DNA of 64,000 bases, taken from the IMG/VR virus record IMGVR_UViG_3300021197_001002. One strand, written 5' to 3'. Source of the DNA: an uncultured virus (IMG/VR IMGVR_UViG_3300021197_001002). Its lineage: Duplodnaviria; Heunggongvirae; Uroviricota; Caudoviricetes. Of this stretch, positions 16,762 to 27,104 are shown one piece after another. The stretch's first letter is position 1. Every line of letters starts with the position of its first letter. The position numbers and the translations under genes are program-made. The notes beneath the pieces were generated by a model, which did no database searches, was not told where the DNA came from, and worked only from the letters and a program-made list of their open reading frames with translations.

Positions 16762-18551
16762 TCGCAGAAGAAAATGGAAGAATATCACGATTTTTGTCGG
16801 CTTTAGGTCGGCCTTTCAAAAGAAAGGAAAGCCCAACTCCTACTATGCCACTTTGGTCAAGTGGTATTCAAGAACCCGTAATGGCTCAAGGAATTACGAT
16901 ACCTGCTCTTTTTGCTGTAAGTAATGAATCGCTTATTCTTCGTACTGTACTTTCTAAACTACGACAAGAAATGTTTCGTCGTGGTTTTTATTGGGAAAAG
17001 CAATTTACCAGAAAATGTACTCAATGTGATGAAGAATATCAAGAAGAAGTTGATACTTGTAAACTATGTGATGGTCAAACAAGAAAACCTGACCCTGATG
17101 AACTCACTTATCCAAAGTGGTTACTAAAACAAGAAAACAGCATGGAACAATCATTCTTCCATCTTTTACATGAACTTGAAAGCGATTTAAATATTGTAGA
17201 TGACGGGTTCCTTGTTTTAGTAAAAGAATATTTTATTGACCCTGAAACAAAAGAAGTTCAATTTTATCGTGTTAAAGAAATGATACGAGGCGACCCCATC
17301 TTTATGCGTATTGTTGCTGATAAGCGTGGTGTTCGTGGTGGGCGTTACAAAATTTGTTTAATTCATCGAGAAAATGTCAAAACACATTCTGAAAGCGATA
17401 AATGTGAAATTTGTGGAAGTGAAATGCAAGATGTTCATTATGTAAATATGGCTGGAAGTGGTAAGACACAATACTTTGTTGAAGGGGAAGTACTGCACAT
17501 TTCAAAATATAATCCATCGAAATTGTATGGTCGTTCTCCAGTTAACACAATGTGGAGACAAGCAATGACACTCACAGCAATGGATAACTACATCTATACT
17601 GCATATCAAAAGAGAAGAATACCAAAAGGTATTATTTCTGTTACAACAGATAACTTAGAATCAATGAAGTCGTTCTGGAAGGCAACTGATGAAAAGATGG
17701 AACGTGACCCTCACTATATTCCTCGTGTTGGTATCGAATCTTCGAGTGGAAGAGGAGGGGTCAATTGGGTCAAATTTATGGACACACTTGAAGAAATGCA
17801 ATACATCGCTGTGCGTGATGAAATACGAAACCGTATCGCCGCTTTCTATGGTGTCTCCTCTATCTTCATGATTGATAATGGTAAATCAGGAGGTCTGAAT
17901 AATGAAGGACTACAGATTCTTGTTACTAATCGTGCTGTAGAATTTGGTCAAAAAGTATACACAGAAATTCTCTTCCCAAGACTACTAAAGCAAATGAATG
18001 TTAATGATTGGAAACTCACGCTCTATCCTAATGAAGAAGAAGATGAAATTACTCGACTTCGTAGAGATGAACAAGAACTCAACGTTGCACAAAGAATGGC
18101 GCAATTAGGATTTGTACCTGATTTGCTTGATGAGCCAGCAAATCGAGATATTCGTTTCACATATTCTAAACCACCACCAGCACCAGCACCACCACCCGGT
18201 GGAGGACCACCACCCGGTGGAGGAGGAATGCCTCCTATGATGCCACCCGGTGGAATGCCACCCGGTGGAATGCCACCACAGATGATGGGAAGAGGCGGAA
18301 TGCCAATGCCACCTCAAATGGGTGGAGGAATGCCAGCATCAAGACAAGTTCCTCCCGGTATGGGAATGCCTATGCAACCCGGAAGTGAAGGAATGGGAAT
18401 GAGAAATCGTGGTCCTGTAGCACCTCAAAGAAGAGGAACAATGGGAAGCGGTTCACCACTTTCAAGTGTTCAACAAAGAGGACCTGAACCAACTCCTATG
18501 CAAAACGTTTCTAATGCATTATTAGACGCTCGTAGACCAAGAGGCCGCTAA
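16761..18551 (+). CDS. Portal protein (possible non-canonical ATC start at 16761; track start 16794)
   Basis: Portal-like motifs EVLHI..YNP..LYGRSPV, IPKGII, IAAFYGV; lies between TerL and protease; Zn-ribbon insertions; P/G/M-rich tail. Confidence 0.88.
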   Translation: MAEENGRISRFLSALGRPFKRKESPTPTMPLWSSGIQEPVMAQGITIPALFAVSNESLILRTVLSKLRQEMFRRGFYWEKQFTRKCTQCDEEYQEEVDTCKLCDGQTRKPDPDELTYPKWLLKQENSMEQSFFHLLHELESDLNIVDDGFLVLVKEYFIDPETKEVQFYRVKEMIRGDPIFMRIVADKRGVRGGRYKICLIHRENVKTHSESDKCEICGSEMQDVHYVNMAGSGKTQYFVEGEVLHISKYNPSKLYGRSPVNTMWRQAMTLTAMDNYIYTAYQKRRIPKGIISVTTDNLESMKSFWKATDEKMERDPHYIPRVGIESSSGRGGVNWVKFMDTLEEMQYIAVRDEIRNRIAAFYGVSSIFMIDNGKSGGLNNEGLQILVTNRAVEFGQKVYTEILFPRLLKQMNVNDWKLTLYPNEEEDEITRLRRDEQELNVAQRMAQLGFVPDLLDEPANRDIRFTYSKPPPAPAPPPGGGPPPGGGGMPPMMPPGGMPPGGMPPQMMGRGGMPMPPQMGGGMPASRQVPPGMGMPMQPGSEGMGMRNRGPVAPQRRGTMGSGSPLSSVQQRGPEPTPMQNVSNALLDARRPRGR

Positions 18552-18556
18552 AACTC

Positions 18557-18563
18557 TTTAAAC
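18557..18563 (+). promoter_or_regulatory. Putative TATA box
   Basis: AAACTC-TTTAAAC in the intergenic gap before ATG 18597. Confidence 0.4.
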
Positions 18564-18596
18564 AAGTAGTATATGACATAGACAAGAGGGATTCGT

Positions 18597-18950
18597 ATGG
18601 ACCTATTAAAAATGCACCCAATGGCAAGAAAAATGGAACAAGCGCAAAAAGCATTTGCAACTGCGTTAGAAGAAGGCGATGGTAATCTTGCCAAGCAACA
18701 TTTGACAGAAGTACAGAAACTAAGCGATTTTCTCTTGGAAGATTTGCAATCAGAAATTTTCAAGGCTGAAAACCTTACACGTACACCCGGTGCAAAAGAC
18801 CTCTACGTTAATGGAGTAGCACCATACACATTCCAAAAAGAGCAAGGACGAACTGAATTGACAGGACATCGACTAAGTGGAACTGTATCAGCAGGAAAGC
18901 GACGTAAAGAATTTAATCCATCAAGAGGAACACTTGGTCGTAGGGTGTGA
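18597..18950 (+). CDS. Hypothetical protein (head module)
   Basis: GAGGGG RBS; 117-aa ORF. Confidence 0.75.
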   Translation: MDLLKMHPMARKMEQAQKAFATALEEGDGNLAKQHLTEVQKLSDFLLEDLQSEIFKAENLTRTPGAKDLYVNGVAPYTFQKEQGRTELTGHRLSGTVSAGKRRKEFNPSRGTLGRRV

Positions 18951-18954
18951 TTCT

Positions 18955-19290
18955 TTGTCTGACGCAGGGCAACTCATGAATGTTCTCATCACAAAGATGG
19001 AGAACATGGATAATGACTTGTCTCTTCTGAAAGCAGAAAACGCAAGACTAAAGGCTACACTACAAAATCCAAAAAATCTTCTTCGTAAGATGGGTCTTGT
19101 ATCTATTTCAACTCCGTTAGCGGCAGATGTAATGACTGACCCGCTACGTGCAGATATGGAAAATGATGCACTACTTATGAAAGGTGAAATGTCATCTTCT
19201 ATACCGCAAACAAATGAAGAATTTCACAACATGTCATGGGAAGAAATACACGACATGGCAAAAACCGCAAAAGACACGGAGATGAACTAA
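18955..19290 (+). CDS. Coiled-coil protein sharing the scaffold's C-terminal motif
   Basis: TTG start after GGGTGTGA; ends IPQTNEEFHNMSWEEIHDMA, similar to the protease/scaffold end. Confidence 0.7.
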   Translation: MSDAGQLMNVLITKMENMDNDLSLLKAENARLKATLQNPKNLLRKMGLVSISTPLAADVMTDPLRADMENDALLMKGEMSSSIPQTNEEFHNMSWEEIHDMAKTAKDTEMN

Positions 19291-19733
19291 TGAAGCCAAG
19301 ATTTGATGAAGCACCTGTACTTGTAAAAGCGTTAGAATTAGAACGACGTTTAAACGATTTAGCAATTCACAAAGCAAAATGTGATTGTCCTGAAGGAAAA
19401 TGTAATTGCAAAGATTGCCCTAGTTGTGGTTCTAAGATGAACAAGATGGGTTGCATGAAGATGGGCTGTGGCGGAAAAATGGCAAAGGCTGAACCCGGTT
19501 TCAAGGCTGAAAAAATTTCAGACGTTAATCCTCACATGGTAACAGAAACAGGTGGACAAACTCGTACAGCATACTACACCACTAATGGTAAAACCATTGA
19601 ATCAGAAGATGCTAAGAAAAAGCCTAAGAAGAAAGATACTTCTACAAGTTTAGAATCTTTAGGTAATAGACTTAATCCTCACTCTGGTACTGGTGCAGAA
19701 AGAGAAGATACTGCGGGTGAAAAGGGACTGTGA
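19290..19733 (+). CDS. Hypothetical protein with Cys-rich segment
   Basis: TAATG coupling; CDCPEGKCNCKDCPSCG. Confidence 0.75.
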   Translation: MKPRFDEAPVLVKALELERRLNDLAIHKAKCDCPEGKCNCKDCPSCGSKMNKMGCMKMGCGGKMAKAEPGFKAEKISDVNPHMVTETGGQTRTAYYTTNGKTIESEDAKKKPKKKDTSTSLESLGNRLNPHSGTGAEREDTAGEKGL

Positions 19734-19737
19734 TTCT

Positions 19738-19911
19738 ATGTCTAATGTGCGTGTAGTTAAAGCGAATGACCACGCATCATTGAGAGAGCATAGTGAACGT
19801 GTTGCACCTCTATTGTGTCGAACTTGTGGCGGTTCATCTGAATCAGGATGTAAACTCCCTATGGCGCAAGGAATGGATATACACGCCTGTCCTAAATTTA
19901 CACCGCTATGA
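19738..19911 (+). CDS. Small Zn-binding hypothetical protein
   Basis: CRTCGG...C...HACP; coupled to the next gene. Confidence 0.6.
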   Translation: MSNVRVVKANDHASLREHSERVAPLLCRTCGGSSESGCKLPMAQGMDIHACPKFTPL

Positions 19912-22900
19912 AAGGCGGTGTTAAAATGTCATATACTCAATTAGACCACGCTACATACGATTTGTTAAAATCGTTAGACGATGGTTTAGACCTTGAACGA
20001 AATGCGGCTGAATACATCATCGCATGGAACTCTATGGAAAAATCCCCCCGTGAACCCATTCTTGGTTCTCTTCTTGTATTAGCAGAAGATGTTATTGCGA
20101 AGAAAGAAAAAGAAGAATTGCCTGAATTTGAATATGACAAGGGCGACGATACTGGTGAAGGGCTTCTGCACAATATAGAAGATACTCAAGATGATTTAAC
20201 AAATCACATATGGCTCGATGGGTTACAAGGCGGAAAGAATCTATCTGACCATTTTTCTACATGGCCTGTGTATCGACCCAATCCAGCAAATCACCCATAT
20301 AGAGAACATCATTTTCCATTCCATCCAGCAAATCACCCTGCACTAAGACTTCATGCTACAACAGGAAAACCTCATTGGGTTGAAATGCTAAGAGCACACG
20401 TTTTTGGCGGATATATGGATGAAGAAGCAAAGATGGAAAAAGAATACATAAAGCATCTTAAGGATAATAAACACCCTTTAGCGTTTGGATTTAAACCTCA
20501 AGGTTCAAAGTCAAAGAGTATGAATTTATTAGGCACTCCAGAAGTATTTGGTACGATTGGTACACACCAGAAAGATTTCTACGAACGAGATTACCATAGA
20601 TGGAAAAAATCAAATGAAGCATCTAACATGAAGGACAGTCTTGTGGAAGAAGGAAGAAGTTCTCAAGACATACAAAAAATACTTCGTGAGGCACATTTTG
20701 ACCAAAGAGCAAATGAGTGGCTTACAGAAGATAGTGTTTTAGATGATGATTACAATGTCCATCCAACACCGTTAGGTCATCATGGTTTTAAATTAGGTTT
20801 AGAATGGTTTTCACCAGAAGAAAGAACTGCCATACGACAACAGATAGATGAACACGGTTTAGACAATGTGAGCACTATTGAATTACCAAGTGGGCAAAAA
20901 ATTCCTTCTTCTCGTTTTACATACAATGCTCTTATGCGTAAAACTCCTGAAATGAATTGGGCTGTACGTAGTCCGAGAATGATGGGAAGAAATTCTCATC
21001 TTCGATTAGAAGATAACGATACTGATTACGAATTAGGTGAAGGTGGTCGATTCCTACAAAGTGCGTTAGGAAATGCTGTACACTTACCATATGAAGGAAA
21101 AGAAGAGTCTATCGCTGATTTTATTTTGGAAGAAATAAACAATCTGTATGCAGATGATATGAAAGATGCTGGTAAAGGGTATAAAAGAAAGTTGAAGTAT
21201 TTACCAAGACTAAATTTACACAAAAACGATTCTCCAGAAGATTTGACTTGGGAAGGTCTAAAAGATGCTGAAAAAAGTCAATTTGGAAAACGAACTCAAA
21301 AAATAGACCATTCAAGAATACCAATTGAAGATATACTTTACTTGGCTGGATTTGACCCTAAAACAAGAGAACCTATTCAAAATCATGAATTGCATGGGTC
21401 AATGGAAGGACCCATTGTTCCTTTAGAATGGATTGAGAATATGGAAGAACAGGCTTCGGGGCATATGAATTTACAACAACAAGAGAAAGATATTCGTAAT
21501 CATTTATCATTCTTAAAAGCGGCACATGGTCCTCATCCATCGGAAGATAAACCCCCGTATTGGCGTACAAGTGAAGATGGGGATTATACTTACGGACCCG
21601 GAAACTTTTGGAATAAATTGTATCAGGGTGCTGGTGGTGCAGGTATGTCTTTATCTACATACAATGAAATTCTACATGCATTAACTGCTAACGAAGATGG
21701 TAATTCTTTACTTGGTGAAGTACATGAATCAGGTACTATGGGGGAAAAGAAAACGATAGTACCTAATCAAAACAATTTATCACTTGCCGCACATTTTATG
21801 CCTGAACGTTCTCAAGAACATGGGCATTTTGATGCAAACACGAAAAAATATGTTCACCATAATGCACCTAAACTTATTCAAAACATACTTTCACCTGTAA
21901 ATGTTTCAAGACCAATACCAAGTGGAACATCACATAGTGGATTTAAAGAAGGGGCTACGACTAAAAATAATTTTTCTGAACATAAATCATCTCTTTCACC
22001 ACAGTATGAGTATATGATACGCCATATGACAGATAAAGAGAGACAAATATTTGGTTCACATCTAAAACCGTTTGACAATACATTAACAAGAAATCCGTTC
22101 TTACATCACGCTACTTATCGTGGTTATGTACCATACAGTAGTGATAAACAAATATATGATAACGCCGCAGATACTCACAAAAGAATAATGAGATTTGGTT
22201 ACCAAAACCATTTGAATACACCAAGTGAAAAGTCTGTTACATCGTTTAATGATTTACTAAGAGGTGAAGGAGAAGTTAGCGGAGGAGAAACACCAGAAGA
22301 TATGTTTTCTTTTTTGAATTGGGGAGTATCAAAACCTTCATACAATAAAGTAAAGGATTATTTGAACACAAGTAAACGAGCATTTGGACTTCGTTTACTT
22401 ACGAACATAACAAAGGTTATTGGTTCTCAAAAACCAAGAGACATTTTAGAATATTTACAAGCAGAAGATTTTACAGATTTACGTGAAAAAATGGGCTTCG
22501 ATGCTGTACATGATACAACTCCTATAGGAGATATTGTTGGAGGATTATTAGATGATATTCATCTTGATATTAAAGAACGACCTCAAACATACAAGCATAA
22601 AAAACCAACAATGGAAGATGCAGTTCGTACAGCAATAAGTTTTGGTGGTGCATTACCTGCTATTGATAAAGAGCAAAAATTACAAGATGAATCTGATGAT
22701 TTACTTCAACAACTCAATGAAGCAGACGAAATAGATAAACCGCTGGTAAGAGAAAAACTAACAGATGTAACTTCAAAACTTACCGCAATGCAACAAAAAG
22801 CAATAGAAGGTGTACAAGGAAAGGGAACAACTCATTGGAAAATAGATTCCAAGAGAGAAGAAGAGTTGGCAAAAGCGCACAGAATTTTAGTTGCTAAAGT

Positions 22901-25673
22901 AGCACCAATGATAAAGGAAAAAATGGAAGAAGTAGACCCAACTGCTTTTGACCCGAATGACCCACAGAAATTTATTGATAACAATGCAAGGATGTTTCGT
23001 GATGCTCAACGATATATTTCTAACGTTTCTCATTCTGTACACGGTTTAACAACGACAGGGTATGGGGTTGACTTTACAGATGTAGAAACAAAACCTGCTG
23101 AAAATAAAGGCTTTCATCAAAACATTGCTTCTCATCTTCAAGAACACGGTTTTCCAATTACAGGTAACATGAGTGTAGACGAAGTTCTTGAAGCGTTAGC
23201 AATAGAAAAAACACCACAGTCGAAAGAACATGCAAGAGAACTTATTGAGCGTTCTAACACTTTGAATCAACCATTACACGCAAGTACTGTTAATCAACTC
23301 ATTTCTCATGGGGGTATAACAGATGTACATGGAACAGACATTTCTCATATGCATGATGAATCGTTAGGCGAGAAAGAAGGAAGTGAACTTAATCCTGAAC
23401 AGAAGTTTGCAGTAATGGTACAAACATTAGGCTATCACGATGCAGTACAAGAATTGCATAAGGAAATAAATTCAGATAAAGAATACAAAAAAGCACAGTA
23501 CATCCATGCACTTCCTCGTAGATTTAAGCAACTTATGAACCCAAACACTCAATTTGGTTCTGCTATTGATGCTAGTGGATTAGAATATATTCACAATGAT
23601 GTATACGATGCACAAGGGAAGAAAAAGAGTTCTGCTGGAAAAGGGCGACCACAAATTACTGCTGAAACAAGAAATAATCTTGATTCTATTATTCATTTCA
23701 ATCCTTCTGTACAACAAGAAGAAAGACCAGAAGAACCTACTACTTCAATAGTTACAAGAGCAGGAATGACACAAATTCCTGTTGGTTATTCTAATCCTAA
23801 CAACGGAAGTATTGTAGATACTTTTGATGCTGGCGCACACCATAGTGGTTGGTTAGCAAGTCCTTCTGTTGGTTGTGAGTTTACAGCCGATGGACAAATC
23901 ATGGCAGGTCAATATGTAGAACAAGGATTGTATCACTCGGTTCCACACGAACTTACAGATATGGTACATGGAAAAGAACTACGTGAACAAGTATGGAATA
24001 ATGCACCACCCGCACAAGAATCTCGACTTCCTACAAGTGGTATTGACCCTACAACATTCATTGCTATGAATGAGGACCCAAGTAAATTAGCATTGAGTGA
24101 AATGAGTGATTACATAGAAGGGTTACTCAATCCTGATATTTTACTCATGAAAGAAGATAAACCTGAATGGAATCCTCTAATACGCCCTATGCACCGTATT
24201 TTTGAACTAAGTGATTTAGAACACCTACGTGGATTTAGTGGTTCGTGGGTCGTATCAAAATGGTACGATGGAAAGCGTGTTATGATAATTAAAAATGGTG
24301 AAGAGATTACTGCTCTCAATGAATCAGGTAAAAAAGTAGGTCTGAAAAAGGCTCATAGAGAAGCATTACAAAAAGTCAACGACAATAATTTTGCAATAGA
24401 TACCATTCTTGGCGATGTAGATTTGAACGTTATAGATATACTAAATTACGATAACAATGATATTACAGATATGCAAGTCTTTGAACGAATCAAAGTCATA
24501 CGTTCTCAATTTGAAAGTCATGAGAATGTCATTGTTCCGGGTCCTCACGATACAAAGGTAACAGATAGTGAAGGACTCAAAGAAAGTGTAGAACGAATGC
24601 AAAAAGAACATGAGAATATTTTGCTAAGAGATTCTAAGTCCACATATATGCGTGGAGAATTTAGACACCCTAAGTGGGTATTGTATAGACCAACTCGTGA
24701 TTACAATTTCATTGTTCTTGATAGAAGAGGTAATGGTCCTTACACATATCAATTAGGTGCGGGTCCTCTTATTGACGATGGTGGATTGGCTAATCGAGCG
24801 ATTGAACACAAAGGTGAGTACTACATGGATGTAGGTACAGCACGTAATCAAGATAAAGCGTACAAAGTCGGAGATGTAGTGCGAGTATCAGTAAGTGGAG
24901 TTACAAAGAAAACTCGTGGGCAAAGAAATGTTTTCACCGTACAAGTAAAGCAAATAGAAGGCGTAGGTGAAGGTGAAGGACCTGCAAGTGCAGAATCATT
25001 AGACTTGTTGACAAAATCGTATGCCGCTATCAATATTCCACATAATGTAGAATATGATGAAGAAGGATTCCGTGTTGTACTCAAAGATATTGATACTGTA
25101 ACATACCAAGTAGATGAAGTAGGAAATATGTGGTATCTTCATTCCCCTCAAGGTAATATGGATTTACTATTCAAAAATCAGTATGCAGTAACATTAGCGG
25201 AGAGCCTTCAACCATTTTGGGGTTCTGTAGCACCTCTTATGTTATCAGGAGTATTGAAATCAGAAGAAGAATTTAGTTCTCCGCCTAAAAAACATACACC
25301 AAAAGAAATCGAAGAAGGTTCTGTTGGTATCTTAGAAGAAGATGATGAAAATAGATTACTTAAACCAGAAGATAAGAAAAAAGCGATTGAAGTTATTCTA
25401 AGGACACTTGATACACTCACAAAAGAAAAATTGACATGGACTGGACCGAGAGGTTTGGGAATTGATGTAGGTACACCTACAGAATCACCAAGTGGACCCA
25501 CAAAAATCACAGAAGAAGAAAATCTTCCAGATTTCGATGGAAGAACTGATGAAGAAAGAGATAAAGATGACAAAAAACCAAAGCACATAAAGCCTGTTGA
25601 TGTTTCAACAGAAGAAGGTGAAAATCTCCATTTAGACTATGAAAACGATACCCCAGTACTTTCAAAAGTATAA
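19908..25673 (+). CDS. 1,921-aa head-module protein with a C-terminal degenerate ATP-dependent DNA ligase-like domain (about 24150-25020)
   Basis: WVVSKWYDGKR (motif I-like), NVIDIL (IIIa), ENILLRDSKSTYMRG (IV), KWVLYR (V), OB-fold YMDVGTA...VGDVVRV. Confidence 0.8.
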   Translation: MKGGVKMSYTQLDHATYDLLKSLDDGLDLERNAAEYIIAWNSMEKSPREPILGSLLVLAEDVIAKKEKEELPEFEYDKGDDTGEGLLHNIEDTQDDLTNHIWLDGLQGGKNLSDHFSTWPVYRPNPANHPYREHHFPFHPANHPALRLHATTGKPHWVEMLRAHVFGGYMDEEAKMEKEYIKHLKDNKHPLAFGFKPQGSKSKSMNLLGTPEVFGTIGTHQKDFYERDYHRWKKSNEASNMKDSLVEEGRSSQDIQKILREAHFDQRANEWLTEDSVLDDDYNVHPTPLGHHGFKLGLEWFSPEERTAIRQQIDEHGLDNVSTIELPSGQKIPSSRFTYNALMRKTPEMNWAVRSPRMMGRNSHLRLEDNDTDYELGEGGRFLQSALGNAVHLPYEGKEESIADFILEEINNLYADDMKDAGKGYKRKLKYLPRLNLHKNDSPEDLTWEGLKDAEKSQFGKRTQKIDHSRIPIEDILYLAGFDPKTREPIQNHELHGSMEGPIVPLEWIENMEEQASGHMNLQQQEKDIRNHLSFLKAAHGPHPSEDKPPYWRTSEDGDYTYGPGNFWNKLYQGAGGAGMSLSTYNEILHALTANEDGNSLLGEVHESGTMGEKKTIVPNQNNLSLAAHFMPERSQEHGHFDANTKKYVHHNAPKLIQNILSPVNVSRPIPSGTSHSGFKEGATTKNNFSEHKSSLSPQYEYMIRHMTDKERQIFGSHLKPFDNTLTRNPFLHHATYRGYVPYSSDKQIYDNAADTHKRIMRFGYQNHLNTPSEKSVTSFNDLLRGEGEVSGGETPEDMFSFLNWGVSKPSYNKVKDYLNTSKRAFGLRLLTNITKVIGSQKPRDILEYLQAEDFTDLREKMGFDAVHDTTPIGDIVGGLLDDIHLDIKERPQTYKHKKPTMEDAVRTAISFGGALPAIDKEQKLQDESDDLLQQLNEADEIDKPLVREKLTDVTSKLTAMQQKAIEGVQGKGTTHWKIDSKREEELAKAHRILVAKVAPMIKEKMEEVDPTAFDPNDPQKFIDNNARMFRDAQRYISNVSHSVHGLTTTGYGVDFTDVETKPAENKGFHQNIASHLQEHGFPITGNMSVDEVLEALAIEKTPQSKEHARELIERSNTLNQPLHASTVNQLISHGGITDVHGTDISHMHDESLGEKEGSELNPEQKFAVMVQTLGYHDAVQELHKEINSDKEYKKAQYIHALPRRFKQLMNPNTQFGSAIDASGLEYIHNDVYDAQGKKKSSAGKGRPQITAETRNNLDSIIHFNPSVQQEERPEEPTTSIVTRAGMTQIPVGYSNPNNGSIVDTFDAGAHHSGWLASPSVGCEFTADGQIMAGQYVEQGLYHSVPHELTDMVHGKELREQVWNNAPPAQESRLPTSGIDPTTFIAMNEDPSKLALSEMSDYIEGLLNPDILLMKEDKPEWNPLIRPMHRIFELSDLEHLRGFSGSWVVSKWYDGKRVMIIKNGEEITALNESGKKVGLKKAHREALQKVNDNNFAIDTILGDVDLNVIDILNYDNNDITDMQVFERIKVIRSQFESHENVIVPGPHDTKVTDSEGLKESVERMQKEHENILLRDSKSTYMRGEFRHPKWVLYRPTRDYNFIVLDRRGNGPYTYQLGAGPLIDDGGLANRAIEHKGEYYMDVGTARNQDKAYKVGDVVRVSVSGVTKKTRGQRNVFTVQVKQIEGVGEGEGPASAESLDLLTKSYAAINIPHNVEYDEEGFRVVLKDIDTVTYQVDEVGNMWYLHSPQGNMDLLFKNQYAVTLAESLQPFWGSVAPLMLSGVLKSEEEFSSPPKKHTPKEIEEGSVGILEEDDENRLLKPEDKKKAIEVILRTLDTLTKEKLTWTGPRGLGIDVGTPTESPSGPTKITEEENLPDFDGRTDEERDKDDKKPKHIKPVDVSTEEGENLHLDYENDTPVLSKV

Positions 25674-25679
25674 TAGGGG

Positions 25680-25688
25680 TCTATATAC
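25680..25688 (+). promoter_or_regulatory. Putative TATA box for the protease/capsid operon
   Basis: TCTATATAC about 25-30 nt upstream of ATG 25712. Confidence 0.4.
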
Positions 25689-25711
25689 CATGACGAGGAG
25701 TTGTTAATTCA

Positions 25712-27085
25712 ATGCTCGCTCTCAAGCAACCAGAACAGGGTCTTTCACTCCTCAAGAGTGGAAGCGACCTCGTTGTTGCTGGATATGCATCAGTTGAGTT
25801 GGTCGATAAACAAGGCGACCTTATCACTCGTGGTGCTCTTAAGAATGCATTTGACGGTTTCATGAAGAGTGATAAGTACCGCAATGTACAACTTGCTCAT
25901 TCAAACATCCAAGTCGGTGAAGTCTTGGATTCTTACGTAGACAACAATGGAAGAATGTGGAAGTCCGAATGCGACGACACAGGAATGTTTGTTGTCGTTC
26001 AACTCCGCAATGATATTGAGAAGGCTCGTGAAGTAGCCGCTGAAATCCGCAAGGGTAACCTTCGTGGATTTTCCATTGGAGGACAAGCATTCAAGCGAGT
26101 GCGAAAGTCTGACAATGTAAAAGGCGACTATCAAGAGATTTCAAAGATGGAATTGCATGAGATTACTATTTGTGAAAAAGGTATTAACCCTGAAGCACAA
26201 TTTAGTATTTTAAAGGAGGACAACAATATGACTGATTTGAATACAGTAATGGAAAGACTTGAAGCACGACTTGATGCAATGGAAAAGGGTGAGATTCCTC
26301 CTCAACTCCGTGAGCACATTAAGGATAAAAAAGACGACGAACCAAAGGAAGAAGCATCTTCCGACAAAGGTGATGACGACATGAAAGAAGAAAAGAAAGA
26401 GAACCCCTTTGAAAAGGGAGAATACAGCGATGTTATCTCATCTGAATACCTTAGTTGGATGGAAGATACTCTCAAATCTGCTGGTGTAAACACCAACGAA
26501 GCACGAGCACACTTTGATGACTTGCAAAAGCAACAAATGGGTGGATTCGACAATCCCGACTCCGTTGACGGTGCTGACTACTTCGGTGGTCAAGTTCGTG
26601 GACGAGGACAAGAAGGTGGCAACCCATCAACTGGTGCTATCTCCGCACTCACAGCAGGTGGCGGAAAGCAACCTGCTGGTGCAATGGGACCTGCTAAAGT
26701 TGCAAAGGGAGATTACCTTTCAGCCTCTACAGTTTCACAATCCGACATCGAAGCCGCTTACGAAGTTTACAAAGCGGCGGCAATGGAACAACAATTCCGT
26801 GGTAACCTTGAATCCGAGTTCTCATCCCGTTTTAATCAAGAGATGACGATTGCTAAGAACGAAGAAGCACGAGCACACTTTGATGCTCGTGAGCCACTAT
26901 CGGAAGTACTCAAGTCTATTGAGTCTCTTTCCGAGCGAATTGATAACCTCTCAACCGAGAGCGTTTCAATCCAAAAGTCGGCTTCTTCACCAAACATTGA
27001 AATTCCCTCCACCCAAGATTTGGGTAACATGACTTGGGACGAGGTACACAACCTCGCTGACAAGGCAATTAGGGGAAGCAACTAA
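25712..27085 (+). CDS. HK97-type prohead protease fused to scaffold
   Basis: GYASVELVDKQGD, candidate catalytic His (LAHS) and Ser (GFSIGG), LHEITI..GINPEA; acidic coiled-coil C-terminal half; directly precedes the MCP. Confidence 0.92.
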   Translation: MLALKQPEQGLSLLKSGSDLVVAGYASVELVDKQGDLITRGALKNAFDGFMKSDKYRNVQLAHSNIQVGEVLDSYVDNNGRMWKSECDDTGMFVVVQLRNDIEKAREVAAEIRKGNLRGFSIGGQAFKRVRKSDNVKGDYQEISKMELHEITICEKGINPEAQFSILKEDNNMTDLNTVMERLEARLDAMEKGEIPPQLREHIKDKKDDEPKEEASSDKGDDDMKEEKKENPFEKGEYSDVISSEYLSWMEDTLKSAGVNTNEARAHFDDLQKQQMGGFDNPDSVDGADYFGGQVRGRGQEGGNPSTGAISALTAGGGKQPAGAMGPAKVAKGDYLSASTVSQSDIEAAYEVYKAAAMEQQFRGNLESEFSSRFNQEMTIAKNEEARAHFDAREPLSEVLKSIESLSERIDNLSTESVSIQKSASSPNIEIPSTQDLGNMTWDEVHNLADKAIRGSN

Positions 27086-27104
27086 TCTAAGGAGATGATG
27101 AACA

